Positions 8,374 to 17,211 of a DNA stretch of 32,000 bases are shown one piece after another. The DNA is taken from assembly GCA_963718915.1 (NCBI GenBank), contig CAVRAI010000009.1:290589-322588 (forward strand), in the 5' to 3' direction. This stretch comes from an uncultured Chloroflexia bacterium (GTDB lineage: Bacteria; Chloroflexota; Ktedonobacteria; Ktedonobacterales; JADMIN01). The stretch's first letter is position 1; each line of letters starts with the position of its first letter. A model generated the notes under the pieces. That model was not told the DNA's origin, did no database searches, and was given only the letters and a program-made list of their open reading frames with translations. Both the position numbers and the translations under genes were made by a program.

Positions 8374-9776
8374 CACACAACCTTTGGCAACGTCGAGGCG
8401 GACTTCCGCGTTCCGGCGGATTCCAGCCGCACGCGCAGACCATTCGCCAGCCGGAGCGTGACGCGCGGGCGTGGTATTGGGCGGAAGCCAGGCACGACGA
8501 CCGGAGTGACCCGCTGGAGTATCGTCGCCAGCACGAGCCGCATCTCCATCTCGGCCAGCGGCATGCCGATGCACATTCGCGGCCCCAACCCAAAGGGGAA
8601 ATACGCGCCGCGAGGCAGATGCTCTGTGCTGCCATCGAGCCAGCGTTCCGGGCGGAAGACCTCGGCGTCGCCCCAGATAGACGGCTCGCGGTGCAGAATC
8701 CACGGGCTGACGATCAGTGATGCGCCGACGGGGAAGCTATAGCCATCCAGCGTGATCGGCTCCAGCGGCGTCCGGTTGATAGACCACGCTGGCGGACGCA
8801 GGCGCAGGGCTTCCTGAATCACGGCGTCCAGATAGGGCAGCCGGGAAAGATCGGCGGCGCCGGGCACGCTTCCGCCGAGCACATTGGCCACCTCAGCGCG
8901 AAGCCGCGCATAGGCCTCCGGCCACCGCGAGAGCAGATCGAGCGTCCAGGAGAGCGCGGTAAAGGTGGTTTCGTGTCCCGCGGCGATCAGGGTCATTGCC
9001 TGGTCGCGAATCTCAACATCGCCGAGGGGCTGCTCGTCCTCGTCGCGCGCCTCCAGCAGCATCGAGAGCACGTCGCCGCGATCCACACCCTCGGCCCGGC
9101 GGCTGGCGATCAAGCCGTAGACGAAGGCGTTCAGGTCGGTGGCGGCAGCACGCACCTTTTCGTGCGCCGCGTGTCCCGGCATGAATGGCAGGCCAAGCAG
9201 AGCAGGCGGCAGCATTGAGCCAAACCCGGAGGGCTGGGCGTCCACCACCGCGGCGAATATGCGGCTCAGTCGCGTGCCCTCCTCAGCGAGATCCAGATCG
9301 AAGAGCGCCTTGATGATAATGCGCAACGTCAGCTCGCGCAACTCGGCGGCAAAATCTATCTCGTCGCCGATACGCCAGCCATGGAGCATCTCGACGGTCT
9401 GGCTGGTCATGATCTCGGCGTAGCCCTCCACGCGCTTGCGATGGAAGGCAGGCTGGACGAGTCGGCGCTGTCGCCGGTGCATCGAGCCATCGGTGGTGAG
9501 CAGCGATATGCCGAGCCGCGCGCGCAATCCCGGTCGCTCGCCGACGCCAACGCTGCGGGCGCGCTCTACCAGGAGGTCGTAGGCATGCTCCGGGCGGAAG
9601 GCGAAGACGATAGGCTCGCTGAACATGTGGACGGTCGCGATGGGGCCATACGCGCGATGGAGACCATCGAGGAAGGTCAGCGGATCGCGCTGGAACTGTG
9701 GAAGGTTGCCGAAGACCGGGAAGCCCTTCGGCCCCGGCGGATAGGTGGACGTCGTCTCTGTAACTATCGTCGCCAT
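8373..9776 (-). CDS. Cytochrome P450 monooxygenase
   Basis: Heme loop FPFGLGPRMCIGMPLA, I-helix AAGHETT, EALRLRPP (ExxR), and an N-terminal PPGPKG hinge. Start set at ATG 9776 with GGGAGG 5 nt upstream. Confidence 0.95.
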   Translation of the reverse strand: MATIVTETTSTYPPGPKGFPVFGNLPQFQRDPLTFLDGLHRAYGPIATVHMFSEPIVFAFRPEHAYDLLVERARSVGVGERPGLRARLGISLLTTDGSMHRRQRRLVQPAFHRKRVEGYAEIMTSQTVEMLHGWRIGDEIDFAAELRELTLRIIIKALFDLDLAEEGTRLSRIFAAVVDAQPSGFGSMLPPALLGLPFMPGHAAHEKVRAAATDLNAFVYGLIASRRAEGVDRGDVLSMLLEARDEDEQPLGDVEIRDQAMTLIAAGHETTFTALSWTLDLLSRWPEAYARLRAEVANVLGGSVPGAADLSRLPYLDAVIQEALRLRPPAWSINRTPLEPITLDGYSFPVGASLIVSPWILHREPSIWGDAEVFRPERWLDGSTEHLPRGAYFPFGLGPRMCIGMPLAEMEMRLVLATILQRVTPVVVPGFRPIPRPRVTLRLANGLRVRLESAGTRKSASTLPKVV

Positions 9777-9851
9777 ATCGCCTCCCGATTCTTTCGAGGA
9801 AGAGTTAAGAGTGCCCTGACTCACAGGAGCAGCTTCTATGTCGCCATTCGC

Positions 9852-9881
9852 ATCATACATGAGCGGTTACTCATGTTTCAA
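9852..9881 (-). promoter_or_regulatory. Candidate P450-TetR promoter with an embedded palindromic operator
   Basis: Minus strand reads TTGAAA (9876-9881), an 18-nt spacer, then TATGAT (9852-9857). The perfect inverted repeat ACATGAG-N6-CTCATGT (9857-9876) fills the spacer and overlaps the first base of each hexamer. Confidence 0.5.
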
Positions 9882-10024
9882 GAAGCAGACGAGATTACCT
9901 CAAGGATCTCAGGATTCATTAACGTGGCACACGGAGAAGAGGGCATGAAACCTGCGGCGTGCTTCGCATCGTCTGCTCAACAGCATCCCGTAATAGTGCG
10001 CTAACAGAAAGAGATGAACCGCGC

Positions 10025-10879
10025 ATGGCAACGCTTACCACCCACGAACAGCAAGAGATCGACCGCGCCAACGCATCGGGCTTACAGCCTGTTGTCTTCG
10101 TTCATGGCCTCTGGCTTCTCTCCAGCAGCTGGGACAACTGGCGCCAACTATTTGAGGCCAGCGGCTATACCGCCCTCGCGCCCGGCTGGCCCGATGATCC
10201 CGAGACCGTCGCGGAGGCCAATGAGGAACCCGAAGCCTTCGCCCATAAGCGCCTCAGGCAGATCACCGGACACTATCTTGAGGCGATTGGCCAGCTTACG
10301 ACGAAGCCTGCCGTGATTGGCCATTCCTTCGGCGGCCTGATCTCGATGATGATCGCCGGGCAGGGCGTTGCCGCGGTGACCGTCGCCATTTCTCCGGCGC
10401 CATTCCGGGGCGTGCTCCCGTTGCCGTTCTCGGCGCTCAAGTCGTCGTCCGCGGTGCTCGCCAATCCCGCCAATTACAACCGCGCGGTTGCGCTCACCTA
10501 CGAGCAGTTCCACTATGGGTTCACCAATGCCGTGGACGAGGACGAGGCTCACAAACTGTACGATGCCTTTGCGGTGCCGGGCGCGGGCGCGCCAATCTTC
10601 CAGGCGGCCACTGCCAACGTCAACCCCTGGACCGAGGATCAGGTGGACACGAACAATCCTGAGCGCGGGCCGCTGCTGATTATCTCCAGCGACCAGGATC
10701 ACACTGTCCCATTTGCGATTGCCGACGCCGCCTACAAGCGGCAGGTCAAGAATCCCGGCATCACCGAGATCAAGGAGATGTCGAATCGCGGTCATTCGCT
10801 GACCATCGATCACGGGTGGCAGGAAGTCGCCGAGACGGCGCTATCATTCGTCAAGGAGCATACGCCGAAGGATCAGTAG
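10025..10879 (+). CDS. Alpha/beta-fold hydrolase
   Basis: VVFVHGLWLLSSSW (oxyanion region) and the nucleophile elbow GHSFGG, with Asp/His candidates near the C-terminus. Start set at ATG 10025 (MATLTTHEQ...). Confidence 0.85.
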   Translation: MATLTTHEQQEIDRANASGLQPVVFVHGLWLLSSSWDNWRQLFEASGYTALAPGWPDDPETVAEANEEPEAFAHKRLRQITGHYLEAIGQLTTKPAVIGHSFGGLISMMIAGQGVAAVTVAISPAPFRGVLPLPFSALKSSSAVLANPANYNRAVALTYEQFHYGFTNAVDEDEAHKLYDAFAVPGAGAPIFQAATANVNPWTEDQVDTNNPERGPLLIISSDQDHTVPFAIADAAYKRQVKNPGITEIKEMSNRGHSLTIDHGWQEVAETALSFVKEHTPKDQ

Positions 10880-11025
10880 CGCGGGCAGTCAGCCCAAAAC
10901 CTCATCCTGTTGGCCAGTATCACCTCCGCCTTGAGCCATGGCAGCGGCCAAACTACTCGGTCGCTGCCATCGCCAATTCACCGGCAACCCACACCGCCCT
11001 CGGCAAACAACAATTCGACCGGCTA

Positions 11026-11050
11026 AGAGGTTCATGAGGTTCATGAGGTT
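11026..11050. repeat. 9-bp tandem repeat gaggttcat x2.8
   Basis: 11026-11034 is identical to 11035-11043, with a partial third copy at 11044-11050. It lies 68-92 nt upstream of the SDR start. Confidence 0.85.
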
Positions 11051-11117
11051 CGCCGCCCCGCGCTGGAATTGCGATGGAATATGGAACGAACCGAGAGGAA
11101 GGACGAAGGAGAGTGTC

Positions 11118-11906
11118 ATGGACCTGCATCTGACTGGGAAGGTTGCCCTCGTGACGGGAGCAAGCAAGGGCATTGGTCTGGCCGTGGCGCGGGCGCTTGC
11201 TGAAGAGGGCGCGCAGGTTGTCCTCGGCGCCCGCGAACTTTCCGACGACGTGTCCAAACTCGTCGAGCGATTTCAGGCGCGTTTTGTTCCCGTGGATTTG
11301 GGTACCTCAGACGGTTCCGCCCGGTTGGTCGATGAGGCGGTCGCGACGTATGGTGGGCTTGATATCCTCGTCAATAATGTGGGCGCCACGCATCCACATC
11401 CTGGGGGATTTCTCACAGTCACCGATGAGGACTGGACCTCGGCCCTGACGCTTAACTTTCTGGCGGCGGTACGCACCACCCGCGCGGCGTTACCACACCT
11501 GCTCGACCGCAATGCGGGCAGTATTGTGACGGTCAGTTCAGTCAATGCATTCCTTCCCGATCCAGCCATCATCGACTATTGCGCCGCCAAAGCCGCACTG
11601 ACCAATTTCTCCAAAGCGCTCTCGAAAGAGGTTGGCCTGCGGGGCATTCGTGTTAACACAGTCAGCCCCGGCCCCGTCGCCACATCGCTGTGGCTTGGCA
11701 AAGACGGCGTCGCGGAGACGTTCGCCCATGCCAGTGGCGGTGAACCAGAGGCCGTTGCCAAACAGGCCGCCGCGGGCATGGTGACCGGACGCTTTACCCA
11801 GCCGGAGGAGGTCGCCGACCTTGTGTTGCTGCTGGCGAGCGACCGCGCCGGAAACGTCACTGGCGCTGACTTCGTCATCGACGGTGGGCTGATAACGACG
11901 TTATGA
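11118..11906 (+). CDS. Short-chain dehydrogenase/reductase (classical SDR)
   Basis: TGASKGIGLAVARAL (TGxxxGxG), NNVG, and the catalytic YCAAKAAL (YxxxK). Start at ATG 11118 with AAGGAGAG upstream. Confidence 0.9.
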   Translation: MDLHLTGKVALVTGASKGIGLAVARALAEEGAQVVLGARELSDDVSKLVERFQARFVPVDLGTSDGSARLVDEAVATYGGLDILVNNVGATHPHPGGFLTVTDEDWTSALTLNFLAAVRTTRAALPHLLDRNAGSIVTVSSVNAFLPDPAIIDYCAAKAALTNFSKALSKEVGLRGIRVNTVSPGPVATSLWLGKDGVAETFAHASGGEPEAVAKQAAAGMVTGRFTQPEEVADLVLLLASDRAGNVTGADFVIDGGLITTL

Positions 11907-11964
11907 TGACAATGTGCGACATGGATGTACAGGGACAACAAGGCCGGACTGAAAGGAGCGCACG

Positions 11965-12897
11965 ATGCAAGCGATCCGTGTGCATGGACGTGGCGGGCCA
12001 GACCATCTCAGCTACGACGATGCCCCCAGGCCACAACCTGGCCCAGGCGAAGCGCTGGTGCGTGTCGGCGCGACGGCGATCATCGCCACCGAGCTGACGT
12101 GGGATGAAACCTACCAGACGCCCGCTGGCGACCCACGCCCGCTGCCTATCCCTGGCCACGACCTTGCCGGTGTGGTGGCGGAGGTTGGCCCTGGGATCAC
12201 TGATCTCGCCGTCGGCACGGAGGTCTACGCCCTGACGGCGTTTGGTCGCGATGGGGCTGAGGCCGAGTACGCCATCGCTTTGCCGCACGAGCTGGCGCCC
12301 AAACCGCGGACGCTCGATATGGTTCAGGCGGCGGCCGTTCCGCTCGCGGCGCTCACCGCGTGGCAGGCGCTCTTCATCCACGCGCATCTCGCGAAGGGAC
12401 AGACGGCGCTGATTCACGGCGCGGCTGGCGGTGTGGGCAGCTACGCGGTACAGTTCGCTCACTGGGCGGGCGCACGGGTGATTACGACCGCCTCAGCCCG
12501 CCATCACGACTTCCTGCGCGGTCTTGGCGCCGACCAGGTGATCGACTATACCACCACCCCCTTCGAGGAGGTGGTTCACGATGCGGATGTCGCCTTCGAT
12601 ACGGTAGGTGGAGAAACGCTGACGCGCTCCTGGCAGGTCGTGAAAGACGGCGGCGTGATCGTCTCGGTCGTTAGTCCGCGCCCGATGGACGATCCCACTA
12701 GGAATGGAGCGCGGTTCGTCTGGTTCATCGTCGAGCCAGATGGCGGCCAATTGCGCGAGATTGGCGCGTTGATTGACGCGGGACAGATTCAGCCGATCAT
12801 CAGCCAGGTGTTTCCACTTGCAGAGGCGCGACGCGCCTGGGAGGAGGCTGGAAGCGGACATGCGCGCGGCAAGATTGTCCTGCGCGTGGAGGGCTGA
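11965..12897 (+). CDS. Medium-chain dehydrogenase/reductase, NADPH:quinone oxidoreductase-like
   Basis: GAAGGVGSYAVQFA nucleotide-binding motif, GroES-like N-terminal domain, AAAGGAG RBS. Confidence 0.85.
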   Translation: MQAIRVHGRGGPDHLSYDDAPRPQPGPGEALVRVGATAIIATELTWDETYQTPAGDPRPLPIPGHDLAGVVAEVGPGITDLAVGTEVYALTAFGRDGAEAEYAIALPHELAPKPRTLDMVQAAAVPLAALTAWQALFIHAHLAKGQTALIHGAAGGVGSYAVQFAHWAGARVITTASARHHDFLRGLGADQVIDYTTTPFEEVVHDADVAFDTVGGETLTRSWQVVKDGGVIVSVVSPRPMDDPTRNGARFVWFIVEPDGGQLREIGALIDAGQIQPIISQVFPLAEARRAWEEAGSGHARGKIVLRVEG

Positions 12898-12973
12898 CAA
12901 TCTGAAAGCGCGCGGGCGGGATTAGCCAGAGCATAATGTGGTTTTAGCAGTTGCGACGGACACGGGCATTGCG

Positions 12974-13070
12974 GTGGGGTGAGCAGGCCGGAGCGTGAAC
13001 GCTCCGGCGAATGGGCTTGGAAGGCGGGAAATTCGCCGGAGCATTTATGCTACGGTCTGCCTCACCTACC
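12974..13070. repeat. Imperfect ~100-bp palindrome made of two related hairpins (REP-pair-like) in a convergent intergenic region; possible bidirectional terminator
   Basis: Hairpin 12987-13008 (9-bp perfect stem, tgaa loop). An alternative 12-bp pairing joins 13001-13012 to 13031-13042. A third hairpin at 13036-13055 pairs at 7 of 8 positions. The outer arms are partly complementary. Confidence 0.5.
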
Positions 13071-13170
13071 ACGACGTAGGGTGTTCGGAAGAAAAAGTGA
13101 AAGTACATTATGCCGCGAAGCTTGATTACCTCCCACATCGCCCGCTTTGCGGCAACCCTTCGCTAGCCCC

Positions 13171-14181
13171 TCACGCGACCAGCAGCGATTCGAGCGCGCG
13201 GCGGGTGTAGGCGCGGACCATGCGGCGACGCAGCGCAATCGTGCCCGACGTGTTATCCATCGGGTGCGCGGCGCGATAGGCCTCCTCGGCGGCGGCATCA
13301 AGGAGTTCGGGCGTCCAACGCTGGTTCCGCAACATCTCGTCTACAGCGGTCAGAGCAACTGGATGGGTCGCGACCGCCTGGAGCACCACGCGCGCCCGCG
13401 TGCAGGTCTCGCCATCGAAGCGCGCCGCCACGGCAACGCCAACAATTGGGAAATCGAAGGAGCCACGCACCCGATACTTGAGATAGGCCGAACGCCAGCC
13501 ATCGGCCAGCGGTGGCACGGTGACATCGCACAGCATCTCGTCATCACGCAGGCGTACCGGATGGGTGCCGTCGTCGTGGTAGAGCGCGCTCACCGGGACA
13601 ACACGCTCGCCGTCTCGCGCCGCAATGCGCACCGTCGCATCCAGCGCGATCAACACCGGGGCGGTGTCGCATGACGAGACGGCGTAGCAGCCCTGGCCAT
13701 TGGGAGCGACGCGGCAGATATCGCTGCCTTTCTTCAGGCAGAAATCGAGCGCCTTGCGCCAACTGTCAGACTGGTTGTAGTAGTTGCAGCGCGTATCGAG
13801 GCAGAGATTGCCGCCGAGCGTGCCCATGTGGCGTAGCTGCGGCGTGGAAACCGATTCCGCCGCCTGGGCCAGCGCCTGATAGCCGCCACGCAGCAGCGGG
13901 GACGCGGCGATCTCCGCCAGCGAGACGCCCGCGCCGACGCGCAGACCGCGCTCAGAATCGCTCGCGATACCGCGCAGTTCGCGCACCCCGCGTAGCCCCA
14001 CGACCACCTGTGGCGTGAAGAGGCGGTGCTTCATATTGGGCAACACATCGGTTCCGCCCGCCATCAGCATGACGCGCGCCTCGGGGTCTTTCTCGCCGAG
14101 GCCAGATGATTCGCCCAGCCAGGCGAGCGCCTCCTCGACAGTGCGGGCGGCGCGATACTCGAATGTCGGCAGGCGGTTCAT
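13171..14181 (-). CDS. FAD-binding medium subunit of a xanthine-dehydrogenase-family molybdoenzyme, HcrB-like with a Cys-rich insertion
   Basis: AGGTDVLPNMK and TLGGNL FAD-binding_5 motifs. The insertion is CLDTRCNYYNQSDSWRKALDFCLKKGSDICRVAPNGQGCYAVSSC. The start overlaps the large-subunit stop by 4 nt. Confidence 0.9.
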   Translation of the reverse strand: MNRLPTFEYRAARTVEEALAWLGESSGLGEKDPEARVMLMAGGTDVLPNMKHRLFTPQVVVGLRGVRELRGIASDSERGLRVGAGVSLAEIAASPLLRGGYQALAQAAESVSTPQLRHMGTLGGNLCLDTRCNYYNQSDSWRKALDFCLKKGSDICRVAPNGQGCYAVSSCDTAPVLIALDATVRIAARDGERVVPVSALYHDDGTHPVRLRDDEMLCDVTVPPLADGWRSAYLKYRVRGSFDFPIVGVAVAARFDGETCTRARVVLQAVATHPVALTAVDEMLRNQRWTPELLDAAAEEAYRAAHPMDNTSGTIALRRRMVRAYTRRALESLLVA

Positions 14182-16535
14182 ATCGTCGGCGCCTCCTGGG
14201 AAACCCTGCTCGCGGCCCGTGCTGGCTCCGGCTGCGCCTGTGGCTGTGGCGTGCTGGATGCGGCAAGGCGGCGCTGCTGCTCTTTGAGCGCGCGCGCAAT
14301 CTTGTCGGGGGTGATCGGCGTGCTCTCGACCCGCGCGCCAATGGCGTCGTAGACCGCGTTGGCAATCGCGGGGATGATCGGATTGAGCGGCCCCTCGCCC
14401 GCCTCCTTCGCGCCGTATGGCCCCTCGCGATCCATCGTCTCGACGTGCATCGCGATAATCTCCGGCGTGTCGTAGATGGTGGGTAACTTGTACTCCAGCA
14501 GCGATGGCGCTTTATGCAGCCCCTTGCGGAAGACCTGCTCCTCGAAGATTGCCTCGCCAAAGCCCATGTAGGCGCTGCCTTCGATCTGCCCCGCCACCAA
14601 CGTTGGATTGAGCGCCCGCCCGCAGTCATGCGCGACCCAGAGCTTCTCGACCTTGATGTCGAAGGTCTCAGGATCAACCTCAACTTCGGCCACACAGGCG
14701 GTATAGCTATAGGCTGGCGAGATGCCGACGCCCGCGCCCTTGAACTGGCCGCCGAGTTTGGGCGGCGTATAGCTGCCGACGGCGCTCAGCGTGCCGTGGG
14801 TTGCCTCAGCCTTCTGCGCCGCCTCGGCAAATGTGACGAAACGTTCGGGATCGCCGCGGACGGAGATATGCCGAGCGCTGGCCTCCAGGCGGTCGGGTGG
14901 AGCGTCCAGCAACTCGCCTGCCGCCTCCAGCAGCCATGCCCGCAGCTTGCGCGCCGCCGTGCGCGCGGCGTTGCCCGCCATAAAGGTAACGCGCGAGGAG
15001 TAGCTGCCCAGGTCAACCGGGGTCAGATCGGTATCGCCCGCATGGACACGAATATCCAGCAGGTCTATCCCCAGTTCTTCGGCAACCACGGTCGCCAGCA
15101 TCGTGTCGGACCCCTGGCCAATGTCCGAGGAGCCGCAGAGCACGGCCACACCGCCGCCACGATCTACCTTCACGATGACGCCAGAGTGCGGCATGTCATT
15201 CCAGTAAATCGCCTTGCCCGCGCCGGTCACATACGAACTGATGGCCACGCCCATGCCGCGCCCCACCGGGAGATGGTCGCGGCGTTCATTCCAGCCAGAG
15301 CTTTCTACGACGCGGTCAACGCACTCGATCAGTCCGCAACTGGTGACGCGCAGACCGTTGACGGTCGTGCTGTCGGGGTCGATGGCAAGCTGTTTGCGAT
15401 ACGCCGCTGGGTCAATGCCAAGTTGCTCGGCGATGCGATCAAGCTGGCACTCGAAGGCGTAGCGCGGCTGGGTCGAGCCGTGGCCGCGCTTGGGGCCGCA
15501 GGCGGGCTTGTTGGTATAGAGCCGCATGCCGTCGAACTTGTAGCGCGGAATCTTGTAGGTCACGGTCAGCAGCGCGCCGGTATAGTAGACCGTGGCGAGG
15601 CCATAGCTGGCGTACGCGCCGCCGTCGAGGAAGGTTTGCAGGTGGACAGCGGTAATCGTGCCGTCTTGCTTGACGCCGGTCTTCAGGATCATCTTGACCG
15701 GGTGGCGACCGCGATGGCAGAGAAACGCCTCCTCGCGGCTGAGCGTGAACTTGATGGGTCGCCCGTGCCGCCGGGCGAAGAGGCACGCCGCGAAGTCATA
15801 AGCGAACGGCTCGCACTTGCCGCCGAAGCCGCCGCCCACCGCTGGCACGATAACGCGCAGGTGGCTCAGGGGCATCTGGAGCACTTTGGCGACCTCGCGG
15901 TGGATGTAGTGTGGCGTCTGCGTCGAGGTCCAGAGCGTCACCTTGCCGTCGGCGCCACAGTCGGCGACGCAGGCGTGCTGCTCCATTGCGGCGTGGGTCG
16001 TCCCCTCGAAGAAGTAGGTATCCTCACGCACCAGGTCGGCCTCGTCGAAACCTTCCTCCATGTCACCAAACGTCAGGTGAACCTCTTTCATGATGTTGCC
16101 ACGCCTGGTCTCGTCGTGAATCTTGATATCCTCGCGGGCCAGCGCGTCCTCAATCGTGAGCAGCGCGGGCAGCGGCTCGTACTCCACGTCGATCAGCTCC
16201 AGCGCAGCCTCGGCCGTCTCTTCATCCACCGCGCAGACGGCGGCGACTGGATCGCCGACATAGCGGACGCGGTCGATAGCGAAAGGATACTCGTCCTGCG
16301 TCGTCGGCATAATGCCGTACTTCACGGGCAGGTCGTCGCCTGTGATAACATCGAGCACGCCGGGATAGGCGCGGGCGCGGCTGGTGTCGATACACACGAT
16401 GCGAGCATGGGGATGCGGGCTGCGTAGAATGCGCCCGAAGGCCATGCGCGGCAGCTTGATATCGTCGGCGTAGCGTGCAGCGCCGGTCACTTTGGCGTAA
16501 CTGTCTATCTTGGGCAGAGACTTGCCGATGAGCAT
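14178..16535 (-). CDS. Molybdopterin-binding large subunit of a xanthine-dehydrogenase/aldehyde-oxidase-family enzyme (HcrA-like)
   Basis: 785-aa ORF with a typical N-terminus (GKSLPKIDSYAKVTGAARYADDI) and MoCo-domain blocks throughout. Start at ATG 16535 with AGGGGAAG upstream. The C-terminal tail is Pro/Gln/Ala-rich. Confidence 0.95.
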   Translation of the reverse strand: MLIGKSLPKIDSYAKVTGAARYADDIKLPRMAFGRILRSPHPHARIVCIDTSRARAYPGVLDVITGDDLPVKYGIMPTTQDEYPFAIDRVRYVGDPVAAVCAVDEETAEAALELIDVEYEPLPALLTIEDALAREDIKIHDETRRGNIMKEVHLTFGDMEEGFDEADLVREDTYFFEGTTHAAMEQHACVADCGADGKVTLWTSTQTPHYIHREVAKVLQMPLSHLRVIVPAVGGGFGGKCEPFAYDFAACLFARRHGRPIKFTLSREEAFLCHRGRHPVKMILKTGVKQDGTITAVHLQTFLDGGAYASYGLATVYYTGALLTVTYKIPRYKFDGMRLYTNKPACGPKRGHGSTQPRYAFECQLDRIAEQLGIDPAAYRKQLAIDPDSTTVNGLRVTSCGLIECVDRVVESSGWNERRDHLPVGRGMGVAISSYVTGAGKAIYWNDMPHSGVIVKVDRGGGVAVLCGSSDIGQGSDTMLATVVAEELGIDLLDIRVHAGDTDLTPVDLGSYSSRVTFMAGNAARTAARKLRAWLLEAAGELLDAPPDRLEASARHISVRGDPERFVTFAEAAQKAEATHGTLSAVGSYTPPKLGGQFKGAGVGISPAYSYTACVAEVEVDPETFDIKVEKLWVAHDCGRALNPTLVAGQIEGSAYMGFGEAIFEEQVFRKGLHKAPSLLEYKLPTIYDTPEIIAMHVETMDREGPYGAKEAGEGPLNPIIPAIANAVYDAIGARVESTPITPDKIARALKEQQRRLAASSTPQPQAQPEPARAASRVSQEAPTI

Positions 16536-16690
16536 TGTGATCTTCCCCTTTGAGAACAAGCCTGCTGTGGTGAGCGTGCCGGAAGCCCAAAGGCCCCGGC
16601 GAATGGCGCCACCCAGCGCATCCGCCCATTCGCCGTAGCGTCAACACTACGGCATGTACCCTCACATCCCACTCCCCAAAATTTTCGGTC

Positions 16691-17188
16691 TTATCCAGCC
16701 GCTGTGGCGTCGGCGGATGCGCGCATGCGGGTGGCCGCCAACTCGACTGCTTCGATAATCTTGGTGTAGCCAGTGCAGCGGCAGAGGTTGCCCGCCAGCG
16801 CGGCCTTGATCTCGTCCTGGCTGGGCGCAAGATTGTGATCGAGCAGCCATTTCCCGCTCATCAGGAAGCCGGGCGTGCAGTAGCCGCATTGCGCCGCGCC
16901 ACACTCGGCGAACGCCTGTTGGAGCGGATGGAGCACGTTACCCTCGGCCATGCCCTCGATGGTGGTGATCTCCTCATCCTGCATCTCGACCGCCAGCGCC
17001 AGGCAGGAGAGGATGGGCGCGCCGCTGACCAGCACCGTGCAGGCGCCGCAGTGGCCCAGCTCGCAGCCGTGCTTGGTGCCCGTCAGATCCAGCTCCTCGC
17101 GCAACACCTCGAGTAGCGTCTTCGTGGGCGAGGCCGCGACCTGCACCGTCTCACCATTGACGGTGAATGTCATCAGTTGTTTATCCAT
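16691..17188 (-). CDS. [2Fe-2S]-binding small subunit (HcrC/CoxS-like)
   Basis: GCELGHCGACTV (plant-type cluster) and CGYCTPG ... CRCTGY (second cluster). Start set at ATG 17188 (GTGGAG upstream); the longer track ORF adds an Arg/Pro-rich extension. Confidence 0.9.
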   Translation of the reverse strand: MDKQLMTFTVNGETVQVAASPTKTLLEVLREELDLTGTKHGCELGHCGACTVLVSGAPILSCLALAVEMQDEEITTIEGMAEGNVLHPLQQAFAECGAAQCGYCTPGFLMSGKWLLDHNLAPSQDEIKAALAGNLCRCTGYTKIIEAVELAATRMRASADATAAG

Positions 17189-17211
17189 GGGTAAACTCCA
17201 CATCACGGCTG

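Noticed and set aside
8374-8703. 110-aa N-terminal extension of the TetR ORF. Similar extensions occur on the IclR (19607-19732), small-subunit (17189-17302), SDR (10938-11117) and antiporter (7072-7149) ORFs.
   Set aside because: The extensions overlap neighbouring genes or promoters and are compositionally aberrant. Internal ATGs with good RBSs (or a leaderless promoter) coincide with the start of homology.
14514-16427. 637-aa plus-strand ORF opposite the molybdoenzyme large subunit
   Set aside because: This is an antisense shadow. The minus-strand product has a clear XDH-family sequence, while this one is Ala/Arg/Gly/His-rich without motifs.
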